Below are positions 13,813 to 27,775 of a stretch of DNA of 64,000 nt, in pieces (the first letter of the stretch is position 1; the number at the start of each line of letters is the position of its first letter). A model generated the notes under the pieces. That model was not told the origin of the DNA and ran no database searches. It saw nothing but the letters and a program-made list of their open reading frames with translations. The DNA is taken from contig NW_024704743.1 in assembly GCF_018977255.1 (NCBI RefSeq), positions 79,176,001 through 79,240,000 on the forward strand. The letters are read 5' to 3'. This DNA comes from Callorhinchus milii (Eukaryota). Position numbers and translations under genes: made by a program.

Positions 13813-15431
13813 CTAGACATCCCAAAGCGCTTCACAAAATATACTGTAAAGTTACTACCATGAAGGTCATCACAGCCAAGCACCATCCATCCTGTTCTCA
13901 TCTGATGCACACGGATTGTAATTGCACGTGTGACCACCTTGCCTGTCCAGATTAGTATTATATTGTGTCATGCCTTGAACATTAGGAGAGTGCCAATGAA
14001 TTGCACATATTTCTTTGATTTAGTTTTACATGTTGTTGGATTTCCCATTGAAGATTCATATGGAAGTTGATTTTTTTTGTACAATAAATCCCTGGTTTTA
14101 TTCAAAATACAAAAAATTCTGAATTCCATAGACCTCCAGTCACATTCATATTAGATGTTTTGAAGTAAATTGATAGCTAGGTACTATACTGTTATTTCTT
14201 CTTTTCAAGAGAAATATAGCTTCAAAAATGTTTGTCGGCTACAATTCCAGAACATGTACAAAATATCCTGTCTATTTTCTACATTGGCTGTTTCCTTTTC
14301 GAGAGCAGATGCAGGAGAAATATTAGTGCTGTTGTGCACTGATAGGTTTTCTTCAGGAAGTCTGTTTAAATATAGACTGGTGATGTCAAGTTATTGCTGT
14401 AAATGTAAAATTGATTGACACTCTGAAGTCGTCTTCTGGTCGGAACATTCATTGAGAAATGTTTCATTTGCAGCAGAACCTGGTAATGAAGTAAGAAACT
14501 ATTTTTTGTCAACACCAGATTTGGGGTTTAATAGTTTTTTTTCTTCCAGGTTTTCAATCATGCAAACTCTTTCTATAAAGTATCTCTGATTAGTATGAAC
14601 AAAAACTGACATTCAAGGCCTGTCTTAAGATGTATTTCTTTGACCATGCTTTTGGTGATATTTCCCCTCCCTGACCCCTATGGCTCCCACCTCTCACTTG
14701 GGTGCCCTACCAGCAATGTTGAGTGTTTTGAGATATTTTCACAACTTGAAAGGCACTATTTAAACGTAAGTTATATTGGAGTTTGAGAAGTTTCAGGTAA
14801 GATTAATGTTGTAGTTATGTGAAATTGAGCATAGTACTTACGACGTAACAGGATAATTTGGTACTTACATATTAGAACTATTTGCAGTTTTGTGTAGAAA
14901 TCTGAAATGAAATATGCATCTTGATCAACAGCTCATCCAATAGCGGGTAAAGCCCAGCAGTGGTTAGGCCTATTAATCTCTCTTGCCTTTCATTGTAATA
15001 TTCCATTTGGGTTGTAATTTCTTTTAAAAGCTACTAATTTGTGATATGTGTATTATAAAACATCCTTTATTAAGAGTTTTACTTAAGGTGAATTCAAACT
15101 GTTAAATCACTTTTTATGTACGTCAACACAGCAGGACAAGCAGGCACAGGTTCACTGCTGTGAAGGACAGGTTTGCCAGGAAATATTTCTTTAAACAAAA
15201 GGTAATTAATAGGGTGGTTAAGACCAGGGCACCAGAATAGTTTAAGAAGAACGCCTGATTTTGTAATGGGAAGGTGAAACTTCTTATTCTATAATCATAC
15301 TGCACAGAAATAGACTATTCAACCCATTATCTCTGTGCTTACTCTCTGATAAAGCTAACTATTTGCCCATGAATTTAGGAACAGGAAAGGTGATTTGGCC
15401 CATGAATCCTGCTCTACTACAGAACTTCCCT

Positions 15432-15773
15432 GTGGAGTCCTGTAGCTCAGTGGTTAGAGCACTTGCCTCGGAAGTGAGAGACCTGGGTTTGATTCCCGGC
15501 ACGGCAAAATGTTGGGCAAGTTTCCTTATTCCACACACCTCTATTTATCTTTATCTCTGTTTAGCTAATAGGAGGATCGCTTTTCCGGGGATAATAATCT
15601 CTTTTAAAAAGAATGTAGTCACTCAATCCACGACTGTTTGTGGGACATTGTGCACAATTGACTGCTGCGTTCAAACTATACAATTCACTTTACAGTATAT
15701 TCTGTGAAGCACTGTGAGATGTCTCGAAGACGTGATAAGGCGCTATATCAAATGCAAGGACTATTATTATTAT
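15432..15773 (+). mobile_element. tRNA-derived SINE, long subfamily-like, TSD TCCCT
   Basis: GTGGAGTCCTGTAGCTCAGTGGTTAGAGC head; GACGTGATAAGGCGCTATATCAAATGCAAGGA tail. Confidence 0.9.
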
Positions 15774-17719
15774 CCCTTGATGCTACATGCTACTTTTTTG
15801 CTATTCCTTTAATATTTCTACTCTAATTTCTATCCATTGTTTTCTTGAATTTCTCCAATTGTTTTTCTCATCTATTGCTTTTCGGGGCAGGGAATTTCAA
15901 AATTTTATCCAAAGGCCTTTTACTCTTGCCACCCTACACCTAAGCTCTCTGGGCTTATACAATCTGGATGTGTCTCTCTGGGAACAAAGTATGCTCTCCA
16001 AACCAGACAAATGGACAAAAATGCGACATATGTAGAACTCTCATTAATAGGCTTTGGATATTCTTTTTCACATGCGTTTTCACATGTGATAGGCACCAAG
16101 ACAATGTGATTTCCTTTTTGTATTTAAATGCTAAAAATTGATTGATGATGTGTGATATTGCCGGTTTGCACTTCCATCTTTAAAGACCTAAGTATCTGTA
16201 TTCTTAAGCCTCTCAACTCCATTAAGATTACTACCACAATAGGGTATACAATAATCTTTCTTGATATTCCTAATATCCATTTTTTTCTCATTAAATTCAA
16301 TTTGTCGCTTATGTGCATCTCTCCTCCCCCGCCTAACTATGTCCTTTTACATTCTTCTTATCTAAAGCTGGTCAACTTCCAGGTCTCTTGTCAGTTTAGC
16401 TCAGGATTCCTTAACACAATTAGACACTAATGAAAAGCAGAAGATGATAAAAAATGGAAAAGCTGCATCTAAGTACAGTAACCAACCATGTTTTTGTTCT
16501 GAAGTGTTACTATTGATACTGTTCATAAATTACTTAGGGAAGAGCATTTGCTATACTGCAGTACTATTAAATTTACTTTGGATATTGAAAGAAAATCCAG
16601 GGGGAAAATCTTCAGCATTCCTGATTACTTGATCAAGATTTTCACATACGTCTTAAATTTGTATCTAAACTGCAAATTTCAACTGTGCCTGAGCAGCCAC
16701 TTCGTCAAGGCAGCTTAATTATTGTAATCGTCTTAAAGTATTTGAGTGTCAGCGTGGTAGCATTCTTGACTCTTGGTTCAAAGGTTGTGGTTTTAAGCCC
16801 CACATTGAATTTGTAGTTATGCACATTTTATTTGACTCCTAGTTATGCACCAGTCTGATTCCATGTTTTTTTGGTGTGTAAGAGATGGATAATGTAGATC
16901 AAAGGAAGATGCTGCAGTTTGGATATATTAGGGTCAGCTGTTTTATTTGCTTACTGCAGCATTCTGCCCTTGACAAAGTGGAGTGAACTCACTGACCTTG
17001 AGGGAAGGTTGCCAGCATATTTTTTATACTCCAATCTGTTCCTACTATTTCTAGTCTATCATTAAATCTTTGGCCAAATTCCTCCAAAATAAATTGGGCA
17101 TTTGCCTCATGGCTGCTTGTGAGATTTTACTTAGTACAAAATGGCTACCACATTTGCTTATAAGTCACTACGCTGACAGTAATTATTGGTGAAGACCTTT
17201 GAGATGCTTTGTTGTGATAAGGCACCATAAAAATGAAACTTATTTCTTTGGTGCATTTATTTTATGTTTCTGTAGCAATGCCAATCAGTGTATTCAATCT
17301 TATTACTGTGCAGTTAGATTTAAAGATTCAACATCACGACTGTCTGTTTTCAAAATGTAGCTAAGAGGGTTATTCATATATTTTATTTTGCTCTTGGTTA
17401 TGGCCCCAAATTAGTTTTATTGGTGTGCTCACTTTTATTATGTGATACCATATAAATTCAGAATACCATATTGTAATCAAAACTGTCATGTTCCATGCCC
17501 AAAATGTACGTTGTAAAATGGCCAGCTGATAGATACAATAAAGATTAAAAGGCAAACAGAAGGGACATAAATTGTAAAGCTTTCCTCTTAAAGATTTCTA
17601 CAAGATGTACAGTAAATCCATTATTTAACAAGGCCCCCACTTTTGAATGTTTTAAAATAAAATGTGTGTAGTAAAAGGTGGTCTGTTCATTGTTACTGTA
17701 ATAACCTTAAACTACATGG

Positions 17720-18010
17720 ATGTCAGCTTGTATCAGTTGTTAGGATTTTCTGGGTCAGAAGGTTGTGGGTTCAATCCTCATGTCAGAACATGAACACATA
17801 GTTCAGACCGATGCTTCAGTGAGGATGTGCAGTGATAAGATTGGCTATATTGACGTGCATTGCCACTGATATTGAAAGACTGCTGTATTGTTAGAGATGC
17901 TATCCTTCAAATGAGATGTTAAACTTTAATGTTCAACTGATTTTACCAAGTCAGTTGAACATTAAAGATCCCATAATGCTATTTGAAAAGGTTTCTCCCG
18001 GTGTCCTCAT
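17720..18010 (+). mobile_element. Old DeuSINE 5' part
   Basis: GTCAGAAGGTTGTGGGTTCAA...GAGATGTTAAAC...AAAGATCCCATAATGCTATTTGAA. Confidence 0.75.
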
Positions 18011-18433
18011 TTATTTAATGACTAGTGAGAGTCAATTTAAGATGGTTAGAAAATGAGCAAAGGGGGAGCTTACATTTTTAAGCACAGAGCTGTTAAGATA
18101 TGGAATGTTCTGCTAGTTGCTGTGGTTTAGGCAGAATCCATATTAGCTTTCACAAGGGAACTAGATAAATACCTAAAAAGGAGTAAACTGCAGGATTATG
18201 GGGAAAGGGCATATAAATGGGACTGAATGGATTGCTCTTAAAAGAGCCACCAGAGACACAATAGCTGCTTTCTGTCCTGTAAATTTCTGTGGTTCTGTTC
18301 CTCCAGATTGTAATGATTGCATTTATAAGCATTACAAATTGGTCACTCACTTCTTGGCTGTTTGTTGAGCGAATTGTGCATTTGCTTATAAATAGTCATT
18401 ACACTCGACATAAATTTCCTGTGTTTTGATATT

Positions 18434-19325
18434 AACAACAACAAAATTACATTTGTATAGCACCTTTCACGTCGGGAAGAATGTCCCAAGGCGCTGGACA
18501 GACAGAGTTTGGGACTCGGGGTAGGGGAGGCTGGAGGGCGGGGGGGAAGCAGAGAGATCGAAAGCATGGTCGAAGCAGAGGGACTTGAGATGGGTCTTGA
18601 AGGAGGCAAGGGAGGGGGCGAGGTGGAGGGACTGTGGGATGGAGTTCCAGATGGTGGGGGTAGAGTGGCAGAAGGCCCGCTGATAGTGGGGCAAGTGAGG
18701 CGGACGTTGTGAAGCAGGCCGGAGCCCACTGAGTGGAGGGAGCGAGCAGGATGGTAGGGGGTTAGGAGATTGCAGAGTTGGGGGAGGGGGGGCAAGACCA
18801 AGGAGGGTTTTGAAGCTGAGGACCAGGATCTTGCACTATATCCTCTGTGTCATGGGAAGCCAGTGGAGTCGGGCGAGGATGGGGTGACGGAGTCACGGAG
18901 CCTGGTGCGGGAGAGGACACAGGCTGCAGAGTTCTGGATGATCTGCAGCCTATGGAGGGAGTAGTTGGGGAGGCCGACAAGCAATGAGTTTGTATAGTCG
19001 AGCCTCGATGCAGTGAAGCATCTATGAGGGTTTCGGCGGCCTGCGGTGTGAGACAGTGGCGGAGCCGGACGACGTTGTGGAGGTGGGGAAGGCAGAGCGA
19101 GACATGGTGCAGAAGTGGGGTAGAAAGGATAGTTGAGGGACAAACAAGATGCCAAGGCTCTGGACTGGTTTAGTAAGGTGGAGTGTGCAACCATGGATGG
19201 TGATGCTGTCGGCGCCTGAGGTGAGGAGACGTTGACGGGAGCCAATCAGGAGAGCCTCGGCCTTGTTGATGTTCAACTGAAGAAAATCAATCAGCTCTCA
19301 TCCAGGACTTGATGTCTGACAGACG
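18434..19325 (-). mobile_element. L2 LINE 3' fragment with tail
   Basis: QLNINKAEALLIG, SRLDYTNSLLVGLP, LQIIQNSAA; hairpin tail and (GTT)n end. Confidence 0.93.
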
Positions 19326-20059
19326 TTCTGAATGCAATTATTAAAAATAATGTAAAATAAAGTAGCTTCAGGTGTAAAGAAAAGCTCAAGTGGAGGTGCT
19401 GACTGGTAGGATTGAAGCAATCAGTCGAGTCGATTTTTTAAAAAAAATTTGATTACCAAATTTGTTTCACTAGTGCAATTAAAATAGTATTTTAATAACA
19501 TTAAGTATGATCCATTCCAACTTCCCGGACTTTCCAAATTTTAAAGAAGGCTAGCCAAGCAAACGTTTTCGCTATTTGCACCTATGAATCTACACTGCAT
19601 ATATGCAAATTGCATTGCTCTGGAAGCTATCGTAACCAGTTGATGAAATTAGGAGCTTAGTTCCAGTGAGATTTATGTTGCAGATTCGATGATGAATTGT
19701 TGCCCAAATCAGTCTTTTGCATCAGTAGAGCAATATAAACAGAGTATTAGATTCCCTGGATTTTTTATCAGAGGGCAACTTGAAGGAAGATCCACCATGG
19801 ATGCCTTTGAGCAATCATTTTAAAGCAAAACTGACTAAGTCTTGGGACGTCCTCCCGACGTGAAAGTTGCTATACAAATGTAATTTTGTTGTTGTTAAGT
19901 CTTGTAAGTTGCTGTTCAGCTAGAGAATTATGCATCTTTCCAAATAGTGGAGAAAAATAATTCAAATTTAATAGGATGCATTGTTTTATAATAAATGTTA
20001 TTTTAAAGCTGGTACAACATTTTAATCTGCAAATGTATGTTGTATTTTTTGCATAGCAA

Positions 20060-20660
20060 AACGTCTTGAAGTGTTTTAGAGACTAACTGGGAACTCAAGC
20101 AGGGTAGGAAATGTTGGGGAGGTGGTGGGTTAAATATTCATTCAAGAGGTTTTTGGACTGTTTTTTGAAAGTTTATTTTCAAAAAGGGAGAGATTTAGGG
20201 AGAGGGTTCCCGAATGCAGGGCAAGGTAGCTGAAAGATTGCCCACTGATGGTGGATATGAAGCAGGCCTGAGTTAGCAGAACAGACCTTGCCCCAGTATA
20301 TCATTGAGATATACGGGGTATTTGAAGGTAAGAATGAGGATCTTAAAACAGATCCACTAGAGAATCAAGAGCCAGTAGAGTCTGATGAGGAAGGGGATGG
20401 TGGGATTTTGTAGCCTAATGTGGAAAAGAAAGTAGACTGTGGAATTTTTAATGATCTGGAGCTTGTAGAGGATATAGCTAGGAAAGTTAATGAACAGGCC
20501 ATTCAGAAGTAAAGTCTGGAAGTGACTAAAGCATGATGGAGGTTTTTGGTTGCATTGGGGATGAGCTACAGATAGAAGGGGATGTTGAAGAAATGTGGAC
20601 ATGGTCAGAGACTGGCCAATAGAAAGCTTAAAATGGAGGCAATGTCGTCAAGGTTAGATG
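20060..20660 (-). mobile_element. Old L2 3' fragment
   Basis: YKLQIIKNST...LIRLYWL on the minus strand. Confidence 0.7.
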
Positions 20661-20714
20661 TATTTTACCTCTGCAGTACGTTGTTTGGCTCGAGCACCTC
20701 CACACCTACCGCCT

Positions 20715-21908
20715 CTCCCTTTCATAGGCCCAAACTAACTTTTACTCCAAAGTCACCCTGAAGGCCAAAAACAACCCAGACACTTTTCCACCGCCTTATC
20801 ACCTCTTCCGTGCAGCCCTCAAGCTCCCTCTATCCTCACATCAAACGCCAAGTGCGAAGAGGTCCCAAGATTTCTTCGCCTCAAAGATTGAAAACAACTG
20901 CTTGGTTGCATTGTTCTCCTCCTTCCCCTTCCATGTCCTCTTCCACCCCACCTAGACCATTCACACCGCCTTCCCCCTCTGCCACGGTTCTTGCCACTCC
21001 CCCCTTCTTACACTCCTTTGCCCCCATTTCTCCCTCCTCCCTCTCAAACCACAATCACCTGCTATCTCGACCCTCTCCTCACCCAGCTGTTGGTCACTCA
21101 ACTCCTCCTCCTCTCCACCTGCTGATCGACACGGTCATCCTCAGGCTCTGTTCCACTCCCCCTGAAAACCGCTGTTACCACACCCCTCCTCAAAAAAACC
21201 ACCCTCGATCTCTCTAATCTCTTGTACTACCATCCCATTTCCAAGCTACCCTTCGTTGCCAAAGTCCTAGAATGCATTGTCACAGGTCAACTTGGGTCAC
21301 ACCTCTTCCTCTTCGAGCCCCTGTAGTCTGGTTTTCATCCTGCACACAGCACAAACAACGTCCTCTCTATCTGTCCAGGGCTCCCTCTGCCTCCTTGTCC
21401 TCCTGGATCTCTCTGCCACGTTCGACACGGTCAACCACGCCATCGTCTTCTACCACCTCCTCCCTCATCCACCTTAGTGGGACCACACTCGCATGGTTCG
21501 AGTCCTGCTTGGCCAATTGCCTCCACTTCATCTCAGCAAATGGTTTCTCCTCCCACCCCTACCCGGTCATCTGCGTGGTACCCCAGCGTTCTATCCTTGG
21601 TCCTCTTTTTTTCCTCATCTAAACACTCCCTTTTGGTGATGTCATCTGTAAACTTCCATATGTATACGGAAGAAACATAAATCTATTTTGCTTCCTCCAG
21701 TATTGACTCCAGGTCTGCCAATGCTCTATCAGCTTGTCTGGCAGACATAGGGCCTGGATGAGTGTAAACTTCCTTCAGCTGAATGTGGACAAGATGGAAG
21801 CCATACTCCTTGGTGCCCGTCAACATTTCGGAGTCAGGCTCCACCACTGTTAAACGTTCTGAGACGCTACCCTGCGTGGAGGGCGCTATATAAGTTTTTG
21901 TTGTTGGT
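20715..21908 (+). mobile_element. L2 RT fragment (internally deleted) with second-type tail
   Basis: LLVLLDLSATFDTVNH, VVPQRSILGPLFFLI; ends GAGACGCTACCCTGCGTGGAGGGCGCTATATAAG. Confidence 0.9.
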
Positions 21909-23674
21909 GTCCCCGGATTGACTTATAGCATTCTCTGATTAAATATTGAAAAGAAAGCGTGAGTTTTTTAAAAAAAACCTTGGAACTATTTTGCAGATTG
22001 AATAGTGCATCAAATGATAGTAATTAGAAGCAATAATCAGCACTACTCTTTGTGCTTTTCTTCATAGATGTTTTAATTTATTAACAGAGTCAGCTGGTAC
22101 TTGAAAAATCTGTAAGACCAGAAGTTTCAGCAGGTGGATAAACCTTTCCCTGATTGTTCTGTGCGTCATTTACAGTGCAACAGCTTTTGATCACATTTTT
22201 CTAAATTTCAATGTTGTTTATTTGGCTTACAAGTGTAACTTTTGCTTAAAATGCTGGGGAAAAAACATTAAACAATTAGGGGTTGACTCTGTATTGCTTC
22301 AGTTGCAAAGAGAGTCCCAATTTCTGAGGGAAACTGCACATTTCTATAGTGCAAATGGATGGCAGCCAAATCAAGATTTGGTGTCGCGATGAATGCTAAC
22401 AAAAAAATATTAAGGCCCTTGTTAGGATTATGAAGAAGATCTAACTGCAACGAAGGGTAAGATTGCACTAAAATGTCACATGGATGTAAATGTCATGTCC
22501 AGTTGCTCCCTCTTCGTTCTTCAAAATAACAGGTTAAAATACTGAATTGGGGCAGTCTGCACATTCATTGTGGGTTTTGGTGACCTGTGGGTTTGCACTG
22601 ATGAAAGGGGCCGCTCTTTGGCAACGCTTTTAAACTTTGGAGAACGTACTTATGCTGTTGTGAATGAATGTTCGGCTCAGTGGTTTTCTGGGCATTATTT
22701 ATTATTCAATGAGGGATGGTGGGTAAGATACTTGTTAGATAGAATAATATAAAAATACAATAATATAAAAATAATCCGTTTTATTCTGGCACAATATCTC
22801 TGATAGTTTTAGCTTCAATCATTTCAGGTGTTGCATTTTAGATCAGGAGCTCAAAAATCTGAACTGAACCCTTGTACATCTTGTCATGTATATACTGCCA
22901 TATAGTAATGGGGAGGTTTTAATTATTTTGGCAATATTTGAATAGATGTAACAAAGTATTCTTTGTGACCTTTTTTTCTGTTTTGCAACACAAGATCAAA
23001 ATATAGAGTTATATATCATGCATGACTCTCATTTAACTGTTGCAATTGTAATGAGGAGAGAACCAATTGTATCCAAATCTAGTTAAAGTATGTTTAGTAA
23101 CTACAGTATCAGTGCTATGTACGATGGTTTAGCAAAATCATGAAAGGTCCCTGTGAAGCTTGGCTTCAGCACCTGTTAGATATAATTCAACTCCCAACTA
23201 CTGCTTAATCAGTGCATTATTCATAGCAATTAGACAAAGTTATTCATACAGTACTGCCGCGGTAACTGTAGGATATGTAATTTATTCCACAAGTGGGAAA
23301 GACTTGATCAATCGTGACTTTCCCTTATGAATTTTCTTTCTTCCTTGCAAGTAGAATAAATGATCTATTTCTCTATTTTCCTTAAGTATTGAGATTTTAC
23401 AGGAGAAATAATTAGAAGTTTTTCTACAGTGAAGAGTTTGGGATGCATAGAATGTCTAACATAAATATTTCCTTTGCTTTGAGTGAAGAAAAATAGCAAC
23501 AGGCAACCTCAGGTTCCATGTGTAGAAAATTCATTTGTATAAAATTCCCTAGCTACATTTTAGTTCATCAAATATTTCTTCTCAAAGCTAATGTTAGTCT
23601 TCTCACCTACTAAGATATTTTTCCAGGGCAGAGGGAAATATCTCAAAATATTATCTAATGCAGAGAGCCTCTTT

Positions 23675-24042
23675 AATAATAAACTTTGCATTTGATATGA
23701 TGCTTATGTCGTTTCGCATGCCTTTCATGGTCTTTCAATGTCCCACAAATGGCCATGAAATTAATGACCAATTTTATTTGGTGGATTGTTGACCAGGATC
23801 CTGGGAGAAACACTATTTTCTTTTCAAAAAGTGCCATGGGATCTCTCATGTCCCCCTGAATAGCCAGATGAGATGGACCTCTGTGAACATCTCACTCAGA
23901 CATAGGACTTCAACAACAACAACAAATTATATTTGTTTAGTGCCTTTCAAATCAGGAAGGTGTCCCAAGGCGCTGGACAGTCTGGGATCTGCAACCTTCT
24001 GACTTGGAAGCTAGAGGGCTACCACTTGGGGCAGGCTGACAC
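23675..24042 (-). mobile_element. Old DeuSINE with an inserted L2 tail (about 23910-23980)
   Basis: AGTGCCATGGGATCT and CAACCTTCTGACT...GGCTGAC head in reverse. Confidence 0.75.
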
Positions 24043-24109
24043 TTTTGAGGACAGTAGAGGATGGCAAAACAGATTTGATCTTGATCTTCAGCTATCTTCA
24101 TGATCTTCA

Positions 24110-25011
24110 GATACATTAGGTACAAATTTAAGTAGGGTAGTAAATAGTGAGGACTGTAACCAACTGCAAGCAGACATACACAGAACGGTGGAATGGGCTG
24201 ACATGTGGCAGATGGATTTCAATGTGGATAAGTGTGAGGTGTTGCACTTAGGTAGGAAAAATGATAGGAGGCAATATAGACTTGGTAGCTCAATCTTAAG
24301 GGAGGTGAACGTACAGAGAGATCTGGGTGTTCAAGTAAACGAATCATTAAAGGTAGCGGGGCAGGTAGCTAAGGCAATAAAAAGGCATTTGGTGTACTGA
24401 GCTTTATTAGTAGGGGCATAGAGTATAAGAGTAGGAGGTTATGGTTAATCTATACAAAACACTGGTTAGGCCTCAGCTGGAGTACTGCGTCCAGTTCTGG
24501 GCACCTTACTTCAGGAAGGACATTAAGGCACTGGAAAGGGTGCAGAGGAGATTCACGAGAATGATACCAGGAATGGGGAACCTTAGCTATGAGGACAGGC
24601 TGGAGAAGTTAGGACTTTTCCCATTAGAGCAGAGAAGGTTACGCGGGGCCCTGATAGAGGTCTTCAAGATCATGAAAGGTTTCGACAGGCTCGATAAGGA
24701 AAAGCTGTTTCCGCTGTGGTCACAGTCTTAAGGTATCTACCAAAAGAAGCAGAGGGGAGGTTAGAAGAATTTTTTTCACTCAGCGAGTTGTTCGAATTTG
24801 GAATGATCTGCCTGAAAGGGTAATGAAGTCTGATTCGATAACAGCTTTTAAGAGAGAACTGGATAGGTATCTGGGGAAGACGGGTTTGCAGGGTTATGGG
24901 GAGAAAACTGGTGATTGGGGTTAGTGAAAGTGACTTGCTCTGTCAAAGAGCCGCACAGACTCGATGGGCCGAATGGCCTCCTTCTGTGCCATAACATTCT
25001 ATGAATCTATG
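24110..25011 (+). mobile_element. CR1 3' fragment (RT C-terminus and tail)
   Basis: WQMDFNVDKCEVLH, LYKTLVRPQLEYCVQFWAP; ends ATTCTATGAATCTATG. Confidence 0.93.
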
Positions 25012-25117
25012 AAAAAATTACTTGTATTTTTACATGTTTTTTACTTGTAAAACCTGGTACAGCGCACTGTAAAAGTAAATGTTCATGTGGTTGATATTCC
25101 AATTTTTTTTAAAACAG

Positions 25118-25190
25118 GCATTGGATTTGGACAAAAATGCACTACAGAAAGTGAAGAAATCTGCAAAAGCAATAAACATTTCAGTTCAAG
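25118..25190 (+). CDS. ASAP1: ASAP1 coding exon (BAR domain), 73 nt, ALDLDKNALQKVKKSAKAINISVQ
   Basis: tttttttaaaacag|GCA...CAAG|gtatgt; resembles ASAP1 ALDQDRTALQKVKKSVKAIYNSGQ; phase joins the next exon. Confidence 0.93.
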
Positions 25191-26519
25191 GTATGTTTCA
25201 GTTTTGTATCCATAAAGCTCAATAGTGTCTTTGGCAAAGCACCTAATTTTCCTGATTATTGTTTTTGTAAATTTTGTATATCCAAAACAATGTTTATTTT
25301 TAACTTGTGCAAAGAAATTAGTTATGAAAATCAAGCAAATAATATGTAAAATTACAGAAATCTAAACGAGGGCAGTCAGTGTATCTTCACATTGCTTCTC
25401 AGGAAAGAATAAGTTCGAATAGTTGTAGTTCAAACTGTAGTGCAGTTCTTTGTAATGTTTCTTAACAGTATCGAATCCTTGTTAATGCAGTTTTGGTGTG
25501 GACTCCAATCACTGCTCATGCATGCAGTCAGTTCATCCACTTCCACATACCAGATAGCTCTCGCGCTGAAATGGGTGATTTCCAGGTCATCACTTGGGCC
25601 AATAGGTGCTATAGGTCTAAAGAAAGGTGCTATCGGCATATATTTCCTGAGTTTGATAGATTTCTAAAGGATAAAAGAATATGGGGTTTAGGGCGGGTAA
25701 ATGGAATTAGGTTAGATCATCAGCCATGATCTTATTAAATAGTGGGGCAGGCTCGAGAGGCAGAATGGCCTACTCCTGCTCCTAGGTCTTATGGTCTAAT
25801 AAAAAAGTGCAGAAATATTTGCTAAAAATTGTGGGGCATTTGAGAAATTTTGCAGGAAATTGTGGCAAAGTTTGGTAAGTTTTGCGGAAAATAATGGAGA
25901 GTTCATTGGTGCTATTGAGAGTTGCATTTTGTGAAACAACCTGGATTAAAAAAACAACAAAATTACATTTGTAAAACACCGAAAGGCACTCAAAACACAA
26001 TTATTTTCAAAATACTAAAAATGTTAATTTGAACAGTACAGCACGTACCAAGAATTGGTTGCCTGAGCTCAGTTTAGGCCACGGGTGCCGGGTGAAGACG
26101 AATTCCTGTTTGTACTGCTTCCGCCATACCAACACTCCCCGCGTTGTGCATGCAAGACAGGAGTCACTCCACCCACAGTAGCAACATCGAGCAACAGTGC
26201 GAGAGGCCCGGGGCCTAGCTCATTGTGTGTCCAGGTTTGTAGGGAGGTTATTTTTAGTGGATTCCATGGAACAGGTGCTACTGCACTTTTCAATTGGCCC
26301 AGGTCATCACTTCCTGCTTTATGCATGCACAGTGCACACAAAATTATGTCAACTGCAACCAAATGATCCAAAAGTCGGCCATTTCAGCTTCTCAATGCCA
26401 GTTAATGTTATCTCTCTGTGTGCATGTGCAGTGAATGCAAAAGTCCTGACAGATTATTCATGGATCCCAACTGCTGTTGTAACTAGATTCCACTGTATGT
26501 ATGGCTCAGTCCACCGGCT

Positions 26520-26654
26520 GCATTGAAGTATGCATGTACAGTATAGATTATTGATTAAATCGGATTTAATACAGGGTTGTCTGTAACACATACTTCACAC
26601 ATGTCATATTAAATGTTATGGTCCTGACCAATACAACTAATGTGAGTTTTACTG
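26520..26654. mobile_element. Right end of the same TIR family; may extend left to about 26035
   Basis: GATTATTGATTAAATCGGATTT...ATTAAATGTTATGGT...ATGTGAGTTTTACTG. Confidence 0.7.
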
Positions 26655-27629
26655 TCGTAAACTTCCTCTGCACTCCCTTATCAACAATGCATTGGAGTTA
26701 TATTGACCTGCCTGATTCAGGAACCAAACTACTGAGACAATCACAGAGGATCAACTTAATTTTGATATTCCATTGCCAGGCATGTTGCATCGGAGCCAGC
26801 TCAGCCCCAAAATGATGCCTCTTACTACCATCAAGGAAGATAGTCATTAGTTAGTCATTATGCACCTGCCAAGCACACGCTTAAACCTTATCCGGGTGGA
26901 TATTTGGATCTAATTGGATTGCTTTCTAACTCTTTCTAACTCCCATTTTAATATTAACGGATATGAGAAAATGTAATTAAGATTTGTTATAATCTAGTAA
27001 AATGGTGAAATAGGCACAGTTGGCTGAATTGCCTATTGCTGTTACTATATTATATTACTATTAATTGCCTCTCTTCCCCTTATCAAGACTTGTTGGGGGA
27101 GTTTCAGTTTTATACTAATGAAGGCAGTGCTTACCCACAATCTTCAGCGTGAATGAAAATACGTGTTTATTTTTAAATATATTTTTAATTATAGAGCAGT
27201 ATCATTCTCATTAAGGTGAATAGGTAACCTGTCTACACTGCCTCAACCTGTAGAAGTAATGGGAGAGAAACAAAATAAACAGAAAAAAATAAATTAAAAA
27301 CTGAGCATGAATAGAGAGAAAATTTCCTTTATACAACTGAAAATAGGTGGTAAGGGGCATCCTTTGGAGACTGAGCTGGCTCCAATGCAACATGACTGGT
27401 AATTATATGTTTCCAGTTTGGGTACAAACCCTCAACTACCCATCGCCTTGGGACATCCTTCCGATGTGAAAGACCTAAACTTGTATAAAGGCAAATATTG
27501 GAATTCATAATGCTTGCTGTTAACATCTTTGTATTTTGGGGAAAGAGCCTGTTAGTTCAGTTATTGGCAGAATGTATGCCATCCTCATGGTTGAAGTGAG
27601 TACATTTCTTTGTTTTGCTTCTTTTACAG

Positions 27630-27775
27630 AACATGTGCAAAATGAAGAGAACTATGCACAAGCACTGGATAAATTTGGTAGTAATTTTTTAAGCCGTGAT
27701 AATCCAGATCTTGGAACAGCTTTTGTTAAATTTTCCACTCTCACCAAGGAACTCTCAACATTGCTGAAAAATCTG
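27630..27775 (+). CDS. ASAP1: ASAP1 coding exon (BAR), 146 nt, [49 protein letters not shown]
   Basis: cttttacag|AA...CTG|gtaagg; near-identical to ASAP1 and unlike ASAP2 (recalled HVENEEQYTQALEKFGGNCVCRDD). Confidence 0.97.

Noticed and set aside
19689..19834. C-box-like ATGATGA suggesting a snoRNA (also at 34271)
   Set aside because: No D box at a suitable distance with a terminal stem
22426..22462. Possible small exon ttgttag|GAT...AAGG|gtaaga
   Set aside because: 31 nt, frameshifting in a phase-0 intron, weak pyrimidine tract, no homology support
25191..25198. GTAT-starting donors (25191, 51332, 60225) as U12 introns
   Set aside because: They read GTATGT, not the U12 consensus GTATCCTT
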